The translations under genes and the position numbers were made by a program. This document shows positions 11,542 to 21,166 of a DNA stretch of 64,000 nt, piece by piece (positions within the stretch are counted from its first letter, which is position 1; every line of letters begins with the position of its first letter). The DNA comes from Accumulibacter sp. (GTDB lineage: Bacteria > Pseudomonadota > Gammaproteobacteria > Burkholderiales > Rhodocyclaceae). The DNA lies in the NCBI GenBank assembly GCA_031257115.1, contig JAIRPF010000044.1:9761-73760 (forward strand), in the 5' to 3' direction. Below the pieces are notes generated by a model. It was not told the origin of the DNA. It saw only the letters and a list, made by a program, of their open reading frames with translations, and searched no databases.

Positions 11542-11557
11542 AGCAATTCCCGTGCCA
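11542..11557 (-). promoter_or_regulatory. sigma54 -24/-12 promoter
   Basis: Minus strand reads TGGCAC-GGGAA-TTGCT. Confidence 0.85.
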
Positions 11558-11622
11558 TCCTGTTTTGTCCGTCACATTCCGTGGGCGATGGCCACGGCTC
11601 CCGGGCACGAACCCGGAAAGCC

Positions 11623-11656
11623 ATGCGCCGGCGCATAGAGTCATGCGGTTTTGCAT
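11623..11656. promoter_or_regulatory. paired enhancer-like inverted repeats ATGCG-N4-(C/T)GCAT
   Basis: atgcgccggcgcat (11623-11636) and atgcggttttgcat (11643-11656), 20 bp apart and about 70-100 bp upstream of the sigma54 promoter. Confidence 0.6.
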
Positions 11657-11679
11657 AGGGGATGCCGCGAAAAACGCCT

Positions 11680-13182
11680 TCAGGAAAACCTCTTCAGCTT
11701 GCGGCAGATGGTGCTCTGATTGACGCCCAGAACCTCGGCGATCTTCGTGGTGCTGCCGTAGCGGGCGGCCGCCATGTCGAGCAGCTGGCGCTCGACGCTG
11801 TTTATCGCCTCCTTCAGCGGCATGATGCGATCCACGACGACGCCTTCGCGGCAGAAATCGTCGCGGATGCCGTCGGGCAGATCCGCGCGGCCGATGATCG
11901 CGGCGTCGGCCAGCACCACCAGGCGCTCCATGACGTTCTGCAATTCACGGATATTGCCGTGCCAGGAATACGTTTCGAGGCAATGCAGGGCCTCCATGTC
12001 CAGGACGATATTCTTGCCGTACCGGGTGTTGTAGCGGTCGAGAAAGAACAGGGCGAGCGGCAGGATGTCCTCGGGACGTTCCCGCAGCGCCGGGATGTGG
12101 ATGGGAACCACGTTGAGGCGATAGAACAGATCCCGCCGGAAACGCTTTTCCAGCACTTCCGTTTCGAGATCGCGGTTGCTGGCGGCGATGATCCTGACGT
12201 CGACGCACACCGGTTTCGTGCCGCCCACCCGCATGAAAACCTTGTCCTGCAAGACGCGCAACAGCTTGACCTGCATGGCGAAAGGCATTTCCGATATTTC
12301 GTCGAGAAACAGCGTGCCCTTGTGGGCCAGTTCGAACATCCCCGGCTTGCCGGCCTTGCCGGCGCTGGTGAAAGCGCCCGCCTCGTAGCCGAAAAGTTCC
12401 GATTCCAGCAAGGCTTCCGGGATGGCGCCGCAGTTGATCCTGATGAAAGGCTGTTCCTTGCGCTGGCTGTTGGCATGGATGAAGGAGGCGATGACTTCCT
12501 TGCCGACGCCGGATTCCCCGGTAATGAGCGCCGAGGCGTCGACGCCGGCCACCTTGGCCGCCATGCGCGCCACTTCATCCATCGCGTCGCTGACATAGAC
12601 GAACCGGTCATCGGTCATGGCGAGGAATCTCAGGCCGTCCGGCTCCTGCCGATAGGCCCTGACGAGCTGGCCGAGGCCGTCTATCTCGGCGAGCATGTCG
12701 GCCTGGGAGATGATTTCGCGCGACATGTTGACGACCTTGATGATGTTGCCGGCGCCGTCGCGGATGGGCGTGCCGACCACCGCCAGCTTCCTGCCGGTCT
12801 TCGTTATCTGGAAAGTCTGGATGCGCCGCCCCGTCTCCAGCACCAGGCGCGTCACCGAAGGCTGGTAGATACCGTCCTTTTCCAGCTCATAGACGCTGCG
12901 CCCGACGAGATCGGCGGCGCGCAAGCCCCAGATTTTCTCGCAGGCGTTGCTGACCTTCCGGGTTACGCCGTTGGCGTCCGAGGAATAAACGACGTCGAAC
13001 ATGGAGTTGAAGACCGTCTTGATGTCCAACTCCATGTCCGCATAGGCAAGCTGTTTTTCCGGGGATTCCAGCAAACGCCCCGACCGGACGTCCGGCGGAT
13101 CTTCCGCGTTCCAGTTGCCGGAATCGCACGCGCCGCCCTTCTCGCCGGGGCGGATACCGTATTCTGTTTCATTCCGCCGCAT
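11680..13182 (-). CDS. sigma54-dependent enhancer-binding protein (PAS-AAA-HTH)
   Basis: GESGVGKE, ESELFGY-GAFTSA (GAFTGA variant), LFLDEI, RRDLFYRL, C-terminal HTH. The true start may be downstream of the ORF-track start. Confidence 0.9.
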   Translation of the reverse strand: MRRNETEYGIRPGEKGGACDSGNWNAEDPPDVRSGRLLESPEKQLAYADMELDIKTVFNSMFDVVYSSDANGVTRKVSNACEKIWGLRAADLVGRSVYELEKDGIYQPSVTRLVLETGRRIQTFQITKTGRKLAVVGTPIRDGAGNIIKVVNMSREIISQADMLAEIDGLGQLVRAYRQEPDGLRFLAMTDDRFVYVSDAMDEVARMAAKVAGVDASALITGESGVGKEVIASFIHANSQRKEQPFIRINCGAIPEALLESELFGYEAGAFTSAGKAGKPGMFELAHKGTLFLDEISEMPFAMQVKLLRVLQDKVFMRVGGTKPVCVDVRIIAASNRDLETEVLEKRFRRDLFYRLNVVPIHIPALRERPEDILPLALFFLDRYNTRYGKNIVLDMEALHCLETYSWHGNIRELQNVMERLVVLADAAIIGRADLPDGIRDDFCREGVVVDRIMPLKEAINSVERQLLDMAAARYGSTTKIAEVLGVNQSTICRKLKRFS

Positions 13183-13272
13183 TGCTTCCGCACACTACGT
13201 AGTATCAGTATGTTCTGTCCATTTATACCATGTTTTCATGAGTGGGCGACGATCCGTGGCGATCCGGCGGAT

Positions 13273-13710
13273 TTACCGTTTATTCATCCGGACGCCGGGA
13301 AAAAACTTCGCCGCATACGCGGAAACGAGACCGAGGGCGATGCCGCACAGCAGGCCGGCCACCGCGCTCGGCGCGTCGTTGCCGCTGGCGTGAAAGCAGG
13401 CGTTGCCGATGAAGGTTGCCGGGATGAACGACAAAAGCGGAATCTTGGCCTGCCAGCACATGAACGCGGCGGCGAAGACGACGGCGATCGGCGCGTGGCC
13501 GGCGAGAAACACGGTCACGACGCCCCACAGCACGCCGCTCATGTTGCAACAGGCCGCCCTGATGGCGCCCGCCTTGCCGCCGCCGGCGGCGAAATAGCTC
13601 GCCCAGCCCAGAAAGCCGGCAAAACCGGCCATGCCCAGCGATTCGGCGCCATAAACCCAAGCGCCCGCCAACAAGCCGACGGTGACGCCAACGGTAGTGA
13701 GATAGTTCAT
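13273..13710 (-). CDS. DUF1097 (YcdZ-like) membrane protein
   Basis: 145 aa hydrophobic; GFLGWASYFA, NMSGVLWG, LLSFIPATFIG. Start MNYLTT at 13710. Confidence 0.75.
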   Translation of the reverse strand: MNYLTTVGVTVGLLAGAWVYGAESLGMAGFAGFLGWASYFAAGGGKAGAIRAACCNMSGVLWGVVTVFLAGHAPIAVVFAAAFMCWQAKIPLLSFIPATFIGNACFHASGNDAPSAVAGLLCGIALGLVSAYAAKFFPGVRMNKR

Positions 13711-13905
13711 GAGTTTTTCTCCTTGGTCGTAAATTCCGAAAACGCGCGCCCCACGAGAGCGTCGTTTCTCGTATGGCTTCCCATGAACTCTCCAGCAATT
13801 TTCATACCCAGGCGTCGGCGAAAGAAAACGGTTGTCCCTGGAAATGGAATCAGTGGTTACACTGCGCGTGTCTACCGTTTTTATCGCGGACGGCGAAAAA
13901 CCTTC

Positions 13906-13990
13906 AGCCACGAAGTTTACGGAGAACGCGGAAAAAATCTTTTGAGAATTTTTGCTTCTCTCCGCGTTCTTCGCGCGCTTCGTGGTTAGA
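13906..13990. repeat. 9-mer-based inverted repeat element
   Basis: agccacgaagtttacggagaacgcggaa ... ctctccgcgttcttcgcgcgcttcgtggtt. Confidence 0.65.
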
Positions 13991-14049
13991 ATTTTTGATT
14001 TCGCCGTGTCCGTTGCGGTCAACCGTTTCATCGTTTGGAGGAATTCCTG

Positions 14050-14883
14050 GTGGAAAACAGGCGTTTGGCGGGTAAAACCGCGTGGGTCACGGGATCGAGC
14101 CGTGGCATCGGACGGGCGATCGCGGCGCATCTGGCCAGCCGCGGCGCGCGGATCGTATTGCACGGATCGGCGGCAGCGGCGCCGAAAGTCGCCGGCGCCG
14201 AACGGAGCCTGCCGGAAATCGCGGACGAAATCCGCGCCGCGCATGACGTCGAAGTCGCGCACGTCTATGGCGACCTCTCGCGGCCGGACGTGGTAAAGAC
14301 GCTCGTGGCGCGAATCGGCGAGCGTTTCGGCGGCATCGACATCCTCGTCAACAACGCCGGCGGCGACATCGGCGTGAAAGGCGTGGCGTCTCCGAACGCG
14401 GGGAAGCCGGAACGCAACGACGCCGTCTTCATCGGCGAAGAAGATTTGCGCATGATCCTGGACCGCAATCTGATGACGTGCATTTTCGCGTGCCGCGAAA
14501 CGGTTCCCGGAATGATCGAGCGCAAGCGCGGCTGGATCGTCAATATCGGCAGCGTCGACGGCGTCGTGGGCAACGCCGAACGAGCCATCTACTCGACGGC
14601 CAAGGCCGCGATCCACGAATACACGCGCTGCCTGGCGGCGATGCTGCGCCCCCACGGCGTTTACGCCAACGTCGTGGCGCCGGGCGGCACGATGAGCGAA
14701 CGCTTCAAGGCCAGCCGACCGATCGACGAAACCAGGGTCGCGCCGGTGGGCGGCTCGCTGGAACGCTACGGCTACATGGAAGAGATCGCCCAGGCGGTGG
14801 AATTCCTGGTTTCGGAAGCATCGTCGTACATCACTGGCCAGGTTTTGCGCGTCGACGGCGGCAGCCAGCTCTGGCCGGCGTAA
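14050..14883 (+). CDS. SDR family oxidoreductase
   Basis: TGSSRGIG, VNNAGG, YSTAK. GTG start behind GGAGG. Confidence 0.88.
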   Translation: MENRRLAGKTAWVTGSSRGIGRAIAAHLASRGARIVLHGSAAAAPKVAGAERSLPEIADEIRAAHDVEVAHVYGDLSRPDVVKTLVARIGERFGGIDILVNNAGGDIGVKGVASPNAGKPERNDAVFIGEEDLRMILDRNLMTCIFACRETVPGMIERKRGWIVNIGSVDGVVGNAERAIYSTAKAAIHEYTRCLAAMLRPHGVYANVVAPGGTMSERFKASRPIDETRVAPVGGSLERYGYMEEIAQAVEFLVSEASSYITGQVLRVDGGSQLWPA

Positions 14884-14924
14884 CAGAGTCCCCGGCGCAA
14901 AGCGCCGCTGAAACAAAGCCTCCC

Positions 14925-15075
14925 GCCAGAGGGATGTGTCGCGCCGAAGGCGTGACGGAAGGAGTTCGGCGGTCGAATTCCCAAACACTGATGAACAGAA
15001 AACCGTCATTTCCTCGATCGCCGGAATCGAGTTCGTCCATCAAAAATGGAGCACGGGCGTCTCGTCAACGCCACG
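14925..15075 (+). repeat. diverged copy of the 1105-1255 element
   Basis: Shares gatgt..cgccgaaggcgtgacgga.ggagtt.ggc...gaattccca...gaaaac.gtcatt.c.t.gatcgcc.gaa...gttcgt...tcaaaaatggagc.cgggcg. Confidence 0.75.
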
Positions 15076-15366
15076 ACGGGTTCGTTCATGTTGGCCGCCG
15101 CGCCGCGCGCGGGCCGCCGAAACCTTGCTGTTCGAGCAGGGTGGCGACATACCGGTCGGGATGATCGGGAATGGCCCGCGACGGGTGGCGCGACAACGGC
15201 CCGGCCAGCTCGCAGACCTGGTGGTCATGACGAGGCCCAGGTCGCCGGCGAGGCCGCCGTTGCGCGGGCTGGTGGAAATCACCCGGCGCGGGACGAGAAA
15301 ACGCGGGGCGGCAAACTTGTCGTTGCGATGCGGTTCGATGGCGTCAAAATGGACGTTCGGCAACAT
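15065..15366 (-). pseudogene. cbiZ: adenosylcobinamide amidohydrolase (CbiZ-like) 5' fragment, frameshifted and truncated
   Basis: GGAGG RBS, then MLPNVHFDAIEPHRNDKFAAPRFLVPRRVISTSPRNGGLAGDLGLV; shifted frame gives DHQVCELAG...HPDRYVATLL; later AANMN. Truncated at the repeat element. Confidence 0.6.
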
Positions 15367-16385
15367 GTTCCGGGTCCTCCGGTTCGGATGGCGTGATCGC
15401 GTCTCCGTCCGCCGCCGGCCGGCGCGACGCGGCTTGCCGCAGCAGGCAATCGAGGCGGCCGGCGCGTTTCGACAACAGCGCGAGCGACGGGCAGCGGCCA
15501 TGACAGCCAGCGACGGCGCAGCCGCCACAGGCCGAGGCGTCGAACGGCAATCCCCGGCGCAGGCGCGCGTAATCGGGCGCGCGCGCCGTTCCGCACTGGA
15601 ATTCCGGCAGGCCGGCGAGCGAGGCGCAGGGATAGAGCGCGCCGTCGGCGGTCAGCGCGGCGCCGCGGCCCGATTCGCCCGGACAGCGGCCCGGAGTCCC
15701 GCCGCATTCGGCGGCGGCCAGTTCGCGCAGGCGGAGCGGCGCGCGGCGATGGCGATTGACCCATTCGAGGCGTTCGACGAGCGCGGCGAAGGCTTGGCGC
15801 AGCTCGGCCGGCGCGGCGAGATCGGTTTCGCGGGCGCGTCCGGCCGGGCGCAGGATGTCGAGGCCGAGCGAGCGCGCCTGCGCGAAACCGGCGAGCAACA
15901 GGGCGAGATCGGGCAGCGTGGCGACGGTGTCGCGGCTCACCACGGCGGTGACGCCAAAGGGAATGCCTGCGGCTTCCAGGCGCGCGAGACCGCGCAACAC
16001 TTCGGCGCTCCGCCCGCGCGCGCGGTCGTTGACCGCCGGCGGTCCGTCGAGACTGACGCCGACGGCCAGCCGATGACGCTTGACGAGGGCGACGAAACGC
16101 TCGTCGATACCAATGCCGTTGGTCTGCACCGCGACGCGCGTGACGCCGAGGCTCCGAGCGCGCGCGGCGATGTCTTCGACGACGTCCGGGACGAGCAGCG
16201 GCTCGCCGCCGGCGATCTGCACCTCGGCGCCGGGGCCGAGGCCGAGATGACGCGCGGCCGCCGCGAAGGCTCGAACATCGAGATCGATCTCCGGCGTATC
16301 GCCCGCGCTCATGTAGCAATAGCGGCAACGCAACTGGCAGCGCGTCGTGGCCCAGACGACGAGGAAGCCGATGGCAATTGGCGGA
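15344..16385 (-). CDS. radical SAM protein with C-terminal Cys-rich (SPASM/twitch-like) region; start uncertain
   Basis: CQLRCRYC (CxxxCxxC), AGGEPLL, VSLDG, C-terminal C...C...CxxC...C. No clear start codon; the 5' end abuts a repeat element. Confidence 0.75.
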
Positions 16386-16394
16386 TGGCCGTGA

Positions 16395-16508
16395 GAGCGA
16401 AGGGGGAAGGGAGAGGCGGGAAGGGGGAAGAGAGAAGGGGAAAGGGTAAAAACCGAACGGCCGGTTCTGCCCTCCGCCTCCCACTTTCCCGCCTTTTTCC
16501 TCTCTCCC
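16395..16508. repeat. purine/pyrimidine heptamer hairpin element
   Basis: GGGGAAGGGAGAGGCGGGAAG...AAAAACCG-loop-CCGGTTCTGCCC...CTTTCCCGCC. Confidence 0.7.
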
Positions 16509-16534
16509 GGCCGATATGACAAATGCCGATCTTT

Positions 16535-17072
16535 CACGTCGAAACTCCTGAAGGCTGTCATCTCAATCCACGATAACGAAAGATGGAAAGAAGATACATC
16601 GGGGAAATGCGCCACGGTTGGAGTCTTGCATGAACTACGTGGGCTTTATGAAAAATTTCCGGAGCTTGTCGGCGATTGGCGCGTGAGTGCCGATACCGTC
16701 GACAGGCGCGCGGTGGGCGAACTTGGAGAAAAACTGAAAGGCAAATCAGATAACGGTTTTCCAAGGGAAAATGATTTCGTGTCGCCGACGCCAGAGGCCA
16801 AGGCGACGGAACAGCAGTTCGAAGGCAAAGCGCCGCAGCCAAAAATACCGACCGAAAACAAGGCCGAATCGGCTAATGCGCAACTCAAGAAAACAAGCGA
16901 TGCCATGAAAAAGCCCTCACTAATCGTCGAATACGACGATCGCTCTGCGGTTGTACTTTTGCATCGCCGGCCATCGTCGTCAGGTTTGTTGTACATCCGC
17001 TATGAGGATGGAGGTGGTAAGGAAGAAGTTGACGCTGGTTCGTGCAAGATCAATCAACTGACCGAAGCCTGA
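16535..17072 (+). pseudogene. 5'-truncated fragment of an unknown protein
   Basis: The frame is open upstream of the track start (SKLLKAVISIHDNERW...) with no RBS or ATG. Composition differs from the flanking operon. Confidence 0.4.
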
Positions 17073-17203
17073 CCGGCAAGCCGAGAAAAACCCCGAAAGG
17101 GCGTATTCCGTCAATCCCATATATAATGATGGCCGAGACGGTCTGCTCCTCCACTATCCGATTGTAGAAAGCTCTGCTCATACTCGATTGCGTCCCTTTC
17201 AAA

Positions 17204-17774
17204 CTACCATTTATACTCTAAATGCAAAGAATATGTGCTATTTGGCATCAGCCTCTTATCTGAGATAAGGTTCAACTGCAAACAATAAGTTAAGAGCATA
17301 TTTTTCGTCAGACGTTCCTTTTTTAAACATTTCTTATACTGTGCGGTATCTTCAAACCATAGTGGTGTCCCCGCTTGATAAAACACCCACTGTCCATCAT
17401 CGAACAGGGTATAAACGACTCTCGTCTGCGAACCATTCTTTGTGTGTATCATATAGTTACATTGTCCATCTGAGCTTAACCTAAAATAATACCCTTCAAG
17501 GCGTAATGCACCACTGACATTGCAAAATAACGAATGCCAACCATCCTCAATATTTGCAACCATACATACACCGCTTTCCAAAGAAAAAAATCCGCAGTTA
17601 TGGAATTATGATTGTATGCAGACTTAAACTCTATATCCTCTATTTTTGTTTCTCCAAAGTATTGTGCGTGGAGTCAAAAAATCTATCCGAATAAAGATAA
17701 TCCTCGATTATTTCGAGCGATGTATCAAACCACGAGAACACAAAGTAATCTGTATTATTTAAATCAATCGTCAT
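17204..17774 (-). pseudogene. AT-rich immunity-like protein, frameshifted
   Basis: GAGAGGGG RBS + ATG at 17774 (MTIDLNNTDYFVFSWFD...), stop after 45 codons. The reading continues after shifts near A and T homopolymers into ...DGWHSL...RVVYTLFDDGQWVFYQAGTPLWFED. Confidence 0.5.
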
Positions 17775-17798
17775 GACGTCCCCTCTCTAAATTCCAAT

Positions 17799-18098
17799 TT
17801 ATCGATCTATAATCTGTTTTTCCAAAACATGAAATATCGATTCGCCGTCCGTGGATTCAATATAATATGGCTTTTCTAAATTGAAACACACTATATTGCC
17901 ATTTTGTGAAACTATTTCACCTGCAAGATACCCCCGTAATGGGAGAACTGTAGTTGCAACAATATTCTCCCAGGAAACAATGGGCACTTTCTCGCATACT
18001 TCATGTTGCCTCTCATAAGCATCTATAAAAACGCATCTTACCCAACCAGGGAAGTGGTCGTCTGTGTATTCAATAATTTCAGAGAGGAGGTACTTCAT
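17799..18098 (-). CDS. AT-rich hypothetical protein
   Basis: 99 aa MKYLLSEIIEYTDDHFPGWVRC..., GGAGG-like RBS upstream. Confidence 0.65.
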   Translation of the reverse strand: MKYLLSEIIEYTDDHFPGWVRCVFIDAYERQHEVCEKVPIVSWENIVATTVLPLRGYLAGEIVSQNGNIVCFNLEKPYYIESTDGESIFHVLEKQIIDR

Positions 18099-18177
18099 TT
18101 CATCACTCTTTCAATTTCTAATTTGTTCTCATTGCCGCCCACGCCAATTTTGCGCCTACATTTGCTCTTTCTATTCC

Positions 18178-19287
18178 TTACACGTCCACAAGCTCAATGC
18201 CATGCTCGCGCAATAGCTCGCACGTCTTCTTGTTGAATCGAGACATCACATTTGTAATCTTCCTCAAGTTGGGGAATTGTGCAAGCTCGGCTTCCTGTAT
18301 TGCCTTGACGTCGAAGCATCTGTCCTCGCCGTCCCATTGGGGGCAGACCTGAAGATATATCTCGTTGCCGCCGTCTATGTATAGTTCTTCTACAAGCGCG
18401 CCGAGGGAGGCTGGAACCGGCAAGTCCTTGAACCACGCCTTGACCTCGCGGATTGGCTCGTATCCCTCGCCGTCCACGTCAATCTCGCGCTTCGCGTAGC
18501 CTTTGGCGAAGTCGTAGACGTCAAACCTCGGCAGGAGCGCGCCCTTGTCATACATCAGCGCCTGCACGACGGCGAGCTTGAAGTTGAAGTCTGAAAACGA
18601 GAGCGGCGGCTCTTCCGTCTTCTGATAATCATGCTTGCCCGTGGACACGCGCGGCGCGCTGTAGCTGACCCACGCGAACGCAAACGGCCGCGCCTCGCCG
18701 CGCACGATGGCGGCTACCGCTGCTTCTGCGTCGTCGTGGCTCGCCCGCCACTTCCAGTCATACGGTTCCAGCTTTGCGCCAAGCGCCTCGGTCAAATGCA
18801 AGCTCACGCGCCAGTTGCCAAATTTCAGGTCGGAGATGATGCCGTAAGACTTTCCGAGCCGCTTGTCGGAGAGCTTCTCCATCACAGGCTTGCCGCCCAG
18901 CGTGAGCGTCCCTGAGAAGTCTGCGCGGGATTCCCGGACCTTGCGGTCATACTTCGGCTCCCAAGCCTCCTCATAGACCAGCCGGATGGAGATTTCCTCA
19001 ACCGCGCCGCCGTCCAAATCCTTCGTATAAGCCCACACGCCCGCGTCGTCCCAAATCAAGAGCGTGTTCTGCGCCTCGCTGTCCGCCTCCGGCAAAACGA
19101 CGCGCGGCACGCCGAACACCGCCGTGAGCGCGGGCATTGTCAGCTCCTCGACAAGCACCCCGCTGATTAGCAATCCCTTCTTGCTCACGTCGATGTCAAA
19201 AGCCTTCGCGGGCAGCGCGGACGCGCCTATCTGTGCCCCTGCGCCGGAAACCTCCGCATTCTTCTTGAACCTATCAAACAATCCCAT
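18178..19287 (-). CDS. two-domain hypothetical protein with C-terminal DUF6892-like domain (immunity-like)
   Basis: MGLFDRFKK start; C-terminal FSDFNFKLAVVQALMY...ELYIDGGNEIY...WDGED...QFPNLRK. GGAGG RBS. Confidence 0.6.
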   Translation of the reverse strand: MGLFDRFKKNAEVSGAGAQIGASALPAKAFDIDVSKKGLLISGVLVEELTMPALTAVFGVPRVVLPEADSEAQNTLLIWDDAGVWAYTKDLDGGAVEEISIRLVYEEAWEPKYDRKVRESRADFSGTLTLGGKPVMEKLSDKRLGKSYGIISDLKFGNWRVSLHLTEALGAKLEPYDWKWRASHDDAEAAVAAIVRGEARPFAFAWVSYSAPRVSTGKHDYQKTEEPPLSFSDFNFKLAVVQALMYDKGALLPRFDVYDFAKGYAKREIDVDGEGYEPIREVKAWFKDLPVPASLGALVEELYIDGGNEIYLQVCPQWDGEDRCFDVKAIQEAELAQFPNLRKITNVMSRFNKKTCELLREHGIELVDV

Positions 19288-19432
19288 CTTCGCCCTCCGT
19301 CAGTTGCCACTTCTATTACCATACGCGCTTTTCTTTCGCTTCAAGGCAAAATTACGCATCCGCCATGCGCCCTGAAGCATTTCCTCGCGGTGGTATTCAT
19401 GATTCTCTCCATGATCAAAATGTAGCAATATA

Positions 19433-19490
19433 GTGAAGAGGCAAAAACCGAGCGCCCGGTTTTGCCCTTCTCCCTTCCCGCTTTCCCCCC
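19433..19490. repeat. half copy of the heptamer hairpin element
   Basis: aaaaaccgagcgcccggttttgcccttctcccttcccgctttcccc matches the core and right arm of 16448-16500; the left arm is mostly missing. Confidence 0.65.
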
Positions 19491-19491
19491 A

Positions 19492-20238
19492 TCAATCCCT
19501 CGCCCGCCCCACCGAGGACAGCGCCAGGGCGAAAAACACCGCGCCCGCGCCGGCCAGCGCGATGAAATCCATCGGTCTCGCCGGCAGGCCGAGCGAAGCG
19601 TTGCGGATGGCGTCGGCGGCGTGGGTCAGGGGCAGCAGCCAGACCAGTGGCTGCGCCCAGCCGGGCAGGCTGTCGACCGGAAAGAGCGTACCGCCGAGAA
19701 AGGACATCGGCGTGATGACGAAGGACATCAGCAGGGACTGGTCGGCGTGCGATTTGACGATCATCGCCAGAAACACGCCGAGCGCGGCGAAGGCGAAAGC
19801 ATTGAGCGCCGCGGCGAGCAGGAAGCAGGCATCGACGCGGATGCCGATGGAAAAGACGAGCGCCACGGCAAGGATCACGGCGACTCCCAGAGCCGCGCGC
19901 GTGATCCCCGCGCAGACTTCGCCGAGCACGAAGGCGGCGTTGGGGATCGGCGCGGCCTGGAATTCTTCGAACACGTACAGGTAGAAGCGCGCGACGTTGA
20001 TTTCGGTGGCGATGCCGTAGGCTTGCGTCATGCAAGTCATCGCCGCCAGGCCGGGGATCAGGAATTCAAGATAGCCACGGCCGGGCAGCGGCGAATGCGC
20101 GCCCATCGCCGCGCCGAAAGCGACGAGGTAGAGCAGCGGCAGCACCGCCATCGACGCGACATGGCGGAAAAAACGCCGGCGCAGAAGGCGCATTTCGCGC
20201 AGGTAGACGGCGGCGAAGCCGTTCCATCCGTTCAGCAT
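19492..20238 (-). CDS. ABC-2 type exporter permease
   Basis: LEFLIPGL, EEFQAAPI, PMSFLGGTLFPVDSLP, LPLTHA. Confidence 0.9.
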   Translation of the reverse strand: MLNGWNGFAAVYLREMRLLRRRFFRHVASMAVLPLLYLVAFGAAMGAHSPLPGRGYLEFLIPGLAAMTCMTQAYGIATEINVARFYLYVFEEFQAAPIPNAAFVLGEVCAGITRAALGVAVILAVALVFSIGIRVDACFLLAAALNAFAFAALGVFLAMIVKSHADQSLLMSFVITPMSFLGGTLFPVDSLPGWAQPLVWLLPLTHAADAIRNASLGLPARPMDFIALAGAGAVFFALALSSVGRARD

Positions 20239-21071
20239 GAGGACTCCTTTCCGGTCATGCGCAGGAAGGCGTCCTCCAGGCTGACGCGGCGCAGCGTCAG
20301 CGCCTCGCGGAAGCCTTGCGCCGCCCGCCGCGCCGCCTCGTGGCCGGGAAAATAATCGGTGCGCAGACCGTCCGGCCCGGCCCGGTCGATGGCCCATTCG
20401 CCGACGCGCGCCTTCAGCGCGTCCGGCGTATCGAGCGCGCGCAGGCGGCCGTCGTCGAGGAAGGCAACGCGGTCGGCGAGGAATTCCGCCTCCTCGATGT
20501 AATGCGTGGTCAGGAAAATCGTCGCGCCGCCGGCCTGTATGGTTTTTATCAGCCCCCACAGGCGGCGGCGCACGTCGGCGTCGAGTCCGACCGTCGGCTC
20601 GTCGAGGAAGAGGATTTTCGGGCGGTGCATCAGCGCGCGGGCGATCATCAGCCGCCGCTTCATGCCGCCGGAGAGCGTGCCGGCGCGCTGCTCGCGGCGC
20701 TCGCTGAGGTCAACGTAGTCGAGCAGCGCGCGCGCCCGCTCCGCGCGGTCGACGGCCGTCATGCCGAACAGCCGGCCGTGGATGTCCAGGTTTTCGGCGA
20801 GCGAAAGATCGTTGTCGACGTTGGTGTGCTGCCCGACGAGTCCGCACTGGCGCTTGGCGCCGAGCGGATCGGCCTCGACGTCGGCGCCGCCGACGAGCGC
20901 GCGTCCGCCCGAAAGGCGGCAAAGGCCGGAAAGGATGCGAATGGTCGTCGACTTGCCCGCGCCGTTCGGTCCCAGGTAGGCGAACAGCTCGCCGGGCGCG
21001 ACGCGCAGGCTGACGCCATTGAGCGCCATGCGCTCGCCGTACTTTTTTTGCAGATTGTCGCGGAGAATCAT
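20232..21071 (-). CDS. ABC exporter ATP-binding protein (DrrA/NodI-like)
   Basis: GPNGAGKST, LSGGMKRR, FLDEPT, TTHY. Confidence 0.92.
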   Translation of the reverse strand: MILRDNLQKKYGERMALNGVSLRVAPGELFAYLGPNGAGKSTTIRILSGLCRLSGGRALVGGADVEADPLGAKRQCGLVGQHTNVDNDLSLAENLDIHGRLFGMTAVDRAERARALLDYVDLSERREQRAGTLSGGMKRRLMIARALMHRPKILFLDEPTVGLDADVRRRLWGLIKTIQAGGATIFLTTHYIEEAEFLADRVAFLDDGRLRALDTPDALKARVGEWAIDRAGPDGLRTDYFPGHEAARRAAQGFREALTLRRVSLEDAFLRMTGKESSC

Positions 21072-21077
21072 TTTTGC

Positions 21078-21166
21078 GAGAAGGGAGAAGGGAGAAGGGT
21101 GTAAACCGATCGAGGCGGTTCAATTCTTTCGGTTTTACCCTTCCCCCTTCTCCCTTCCCCCTTCCC
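21078..21166. repeat. heptamer hairpin element (GAAGGGA)n...(TCCCTTC)n
   Basis: gagaagggagaagggagaaggg-tgtaaaccg...cggttttaccc-ttcccccttctcccttccccc. It supplies the stop codon of the chlI-like gene. Confidence 0.75.

Noticed and set aside
17585-17774. Stop-codon readthrough or recoding in the AT-rich gene
   Set aside because: Restoring the frame needs shifts rather than readthrough, and all other genes use the standard code; pseudogene or sequencing error is simpler.
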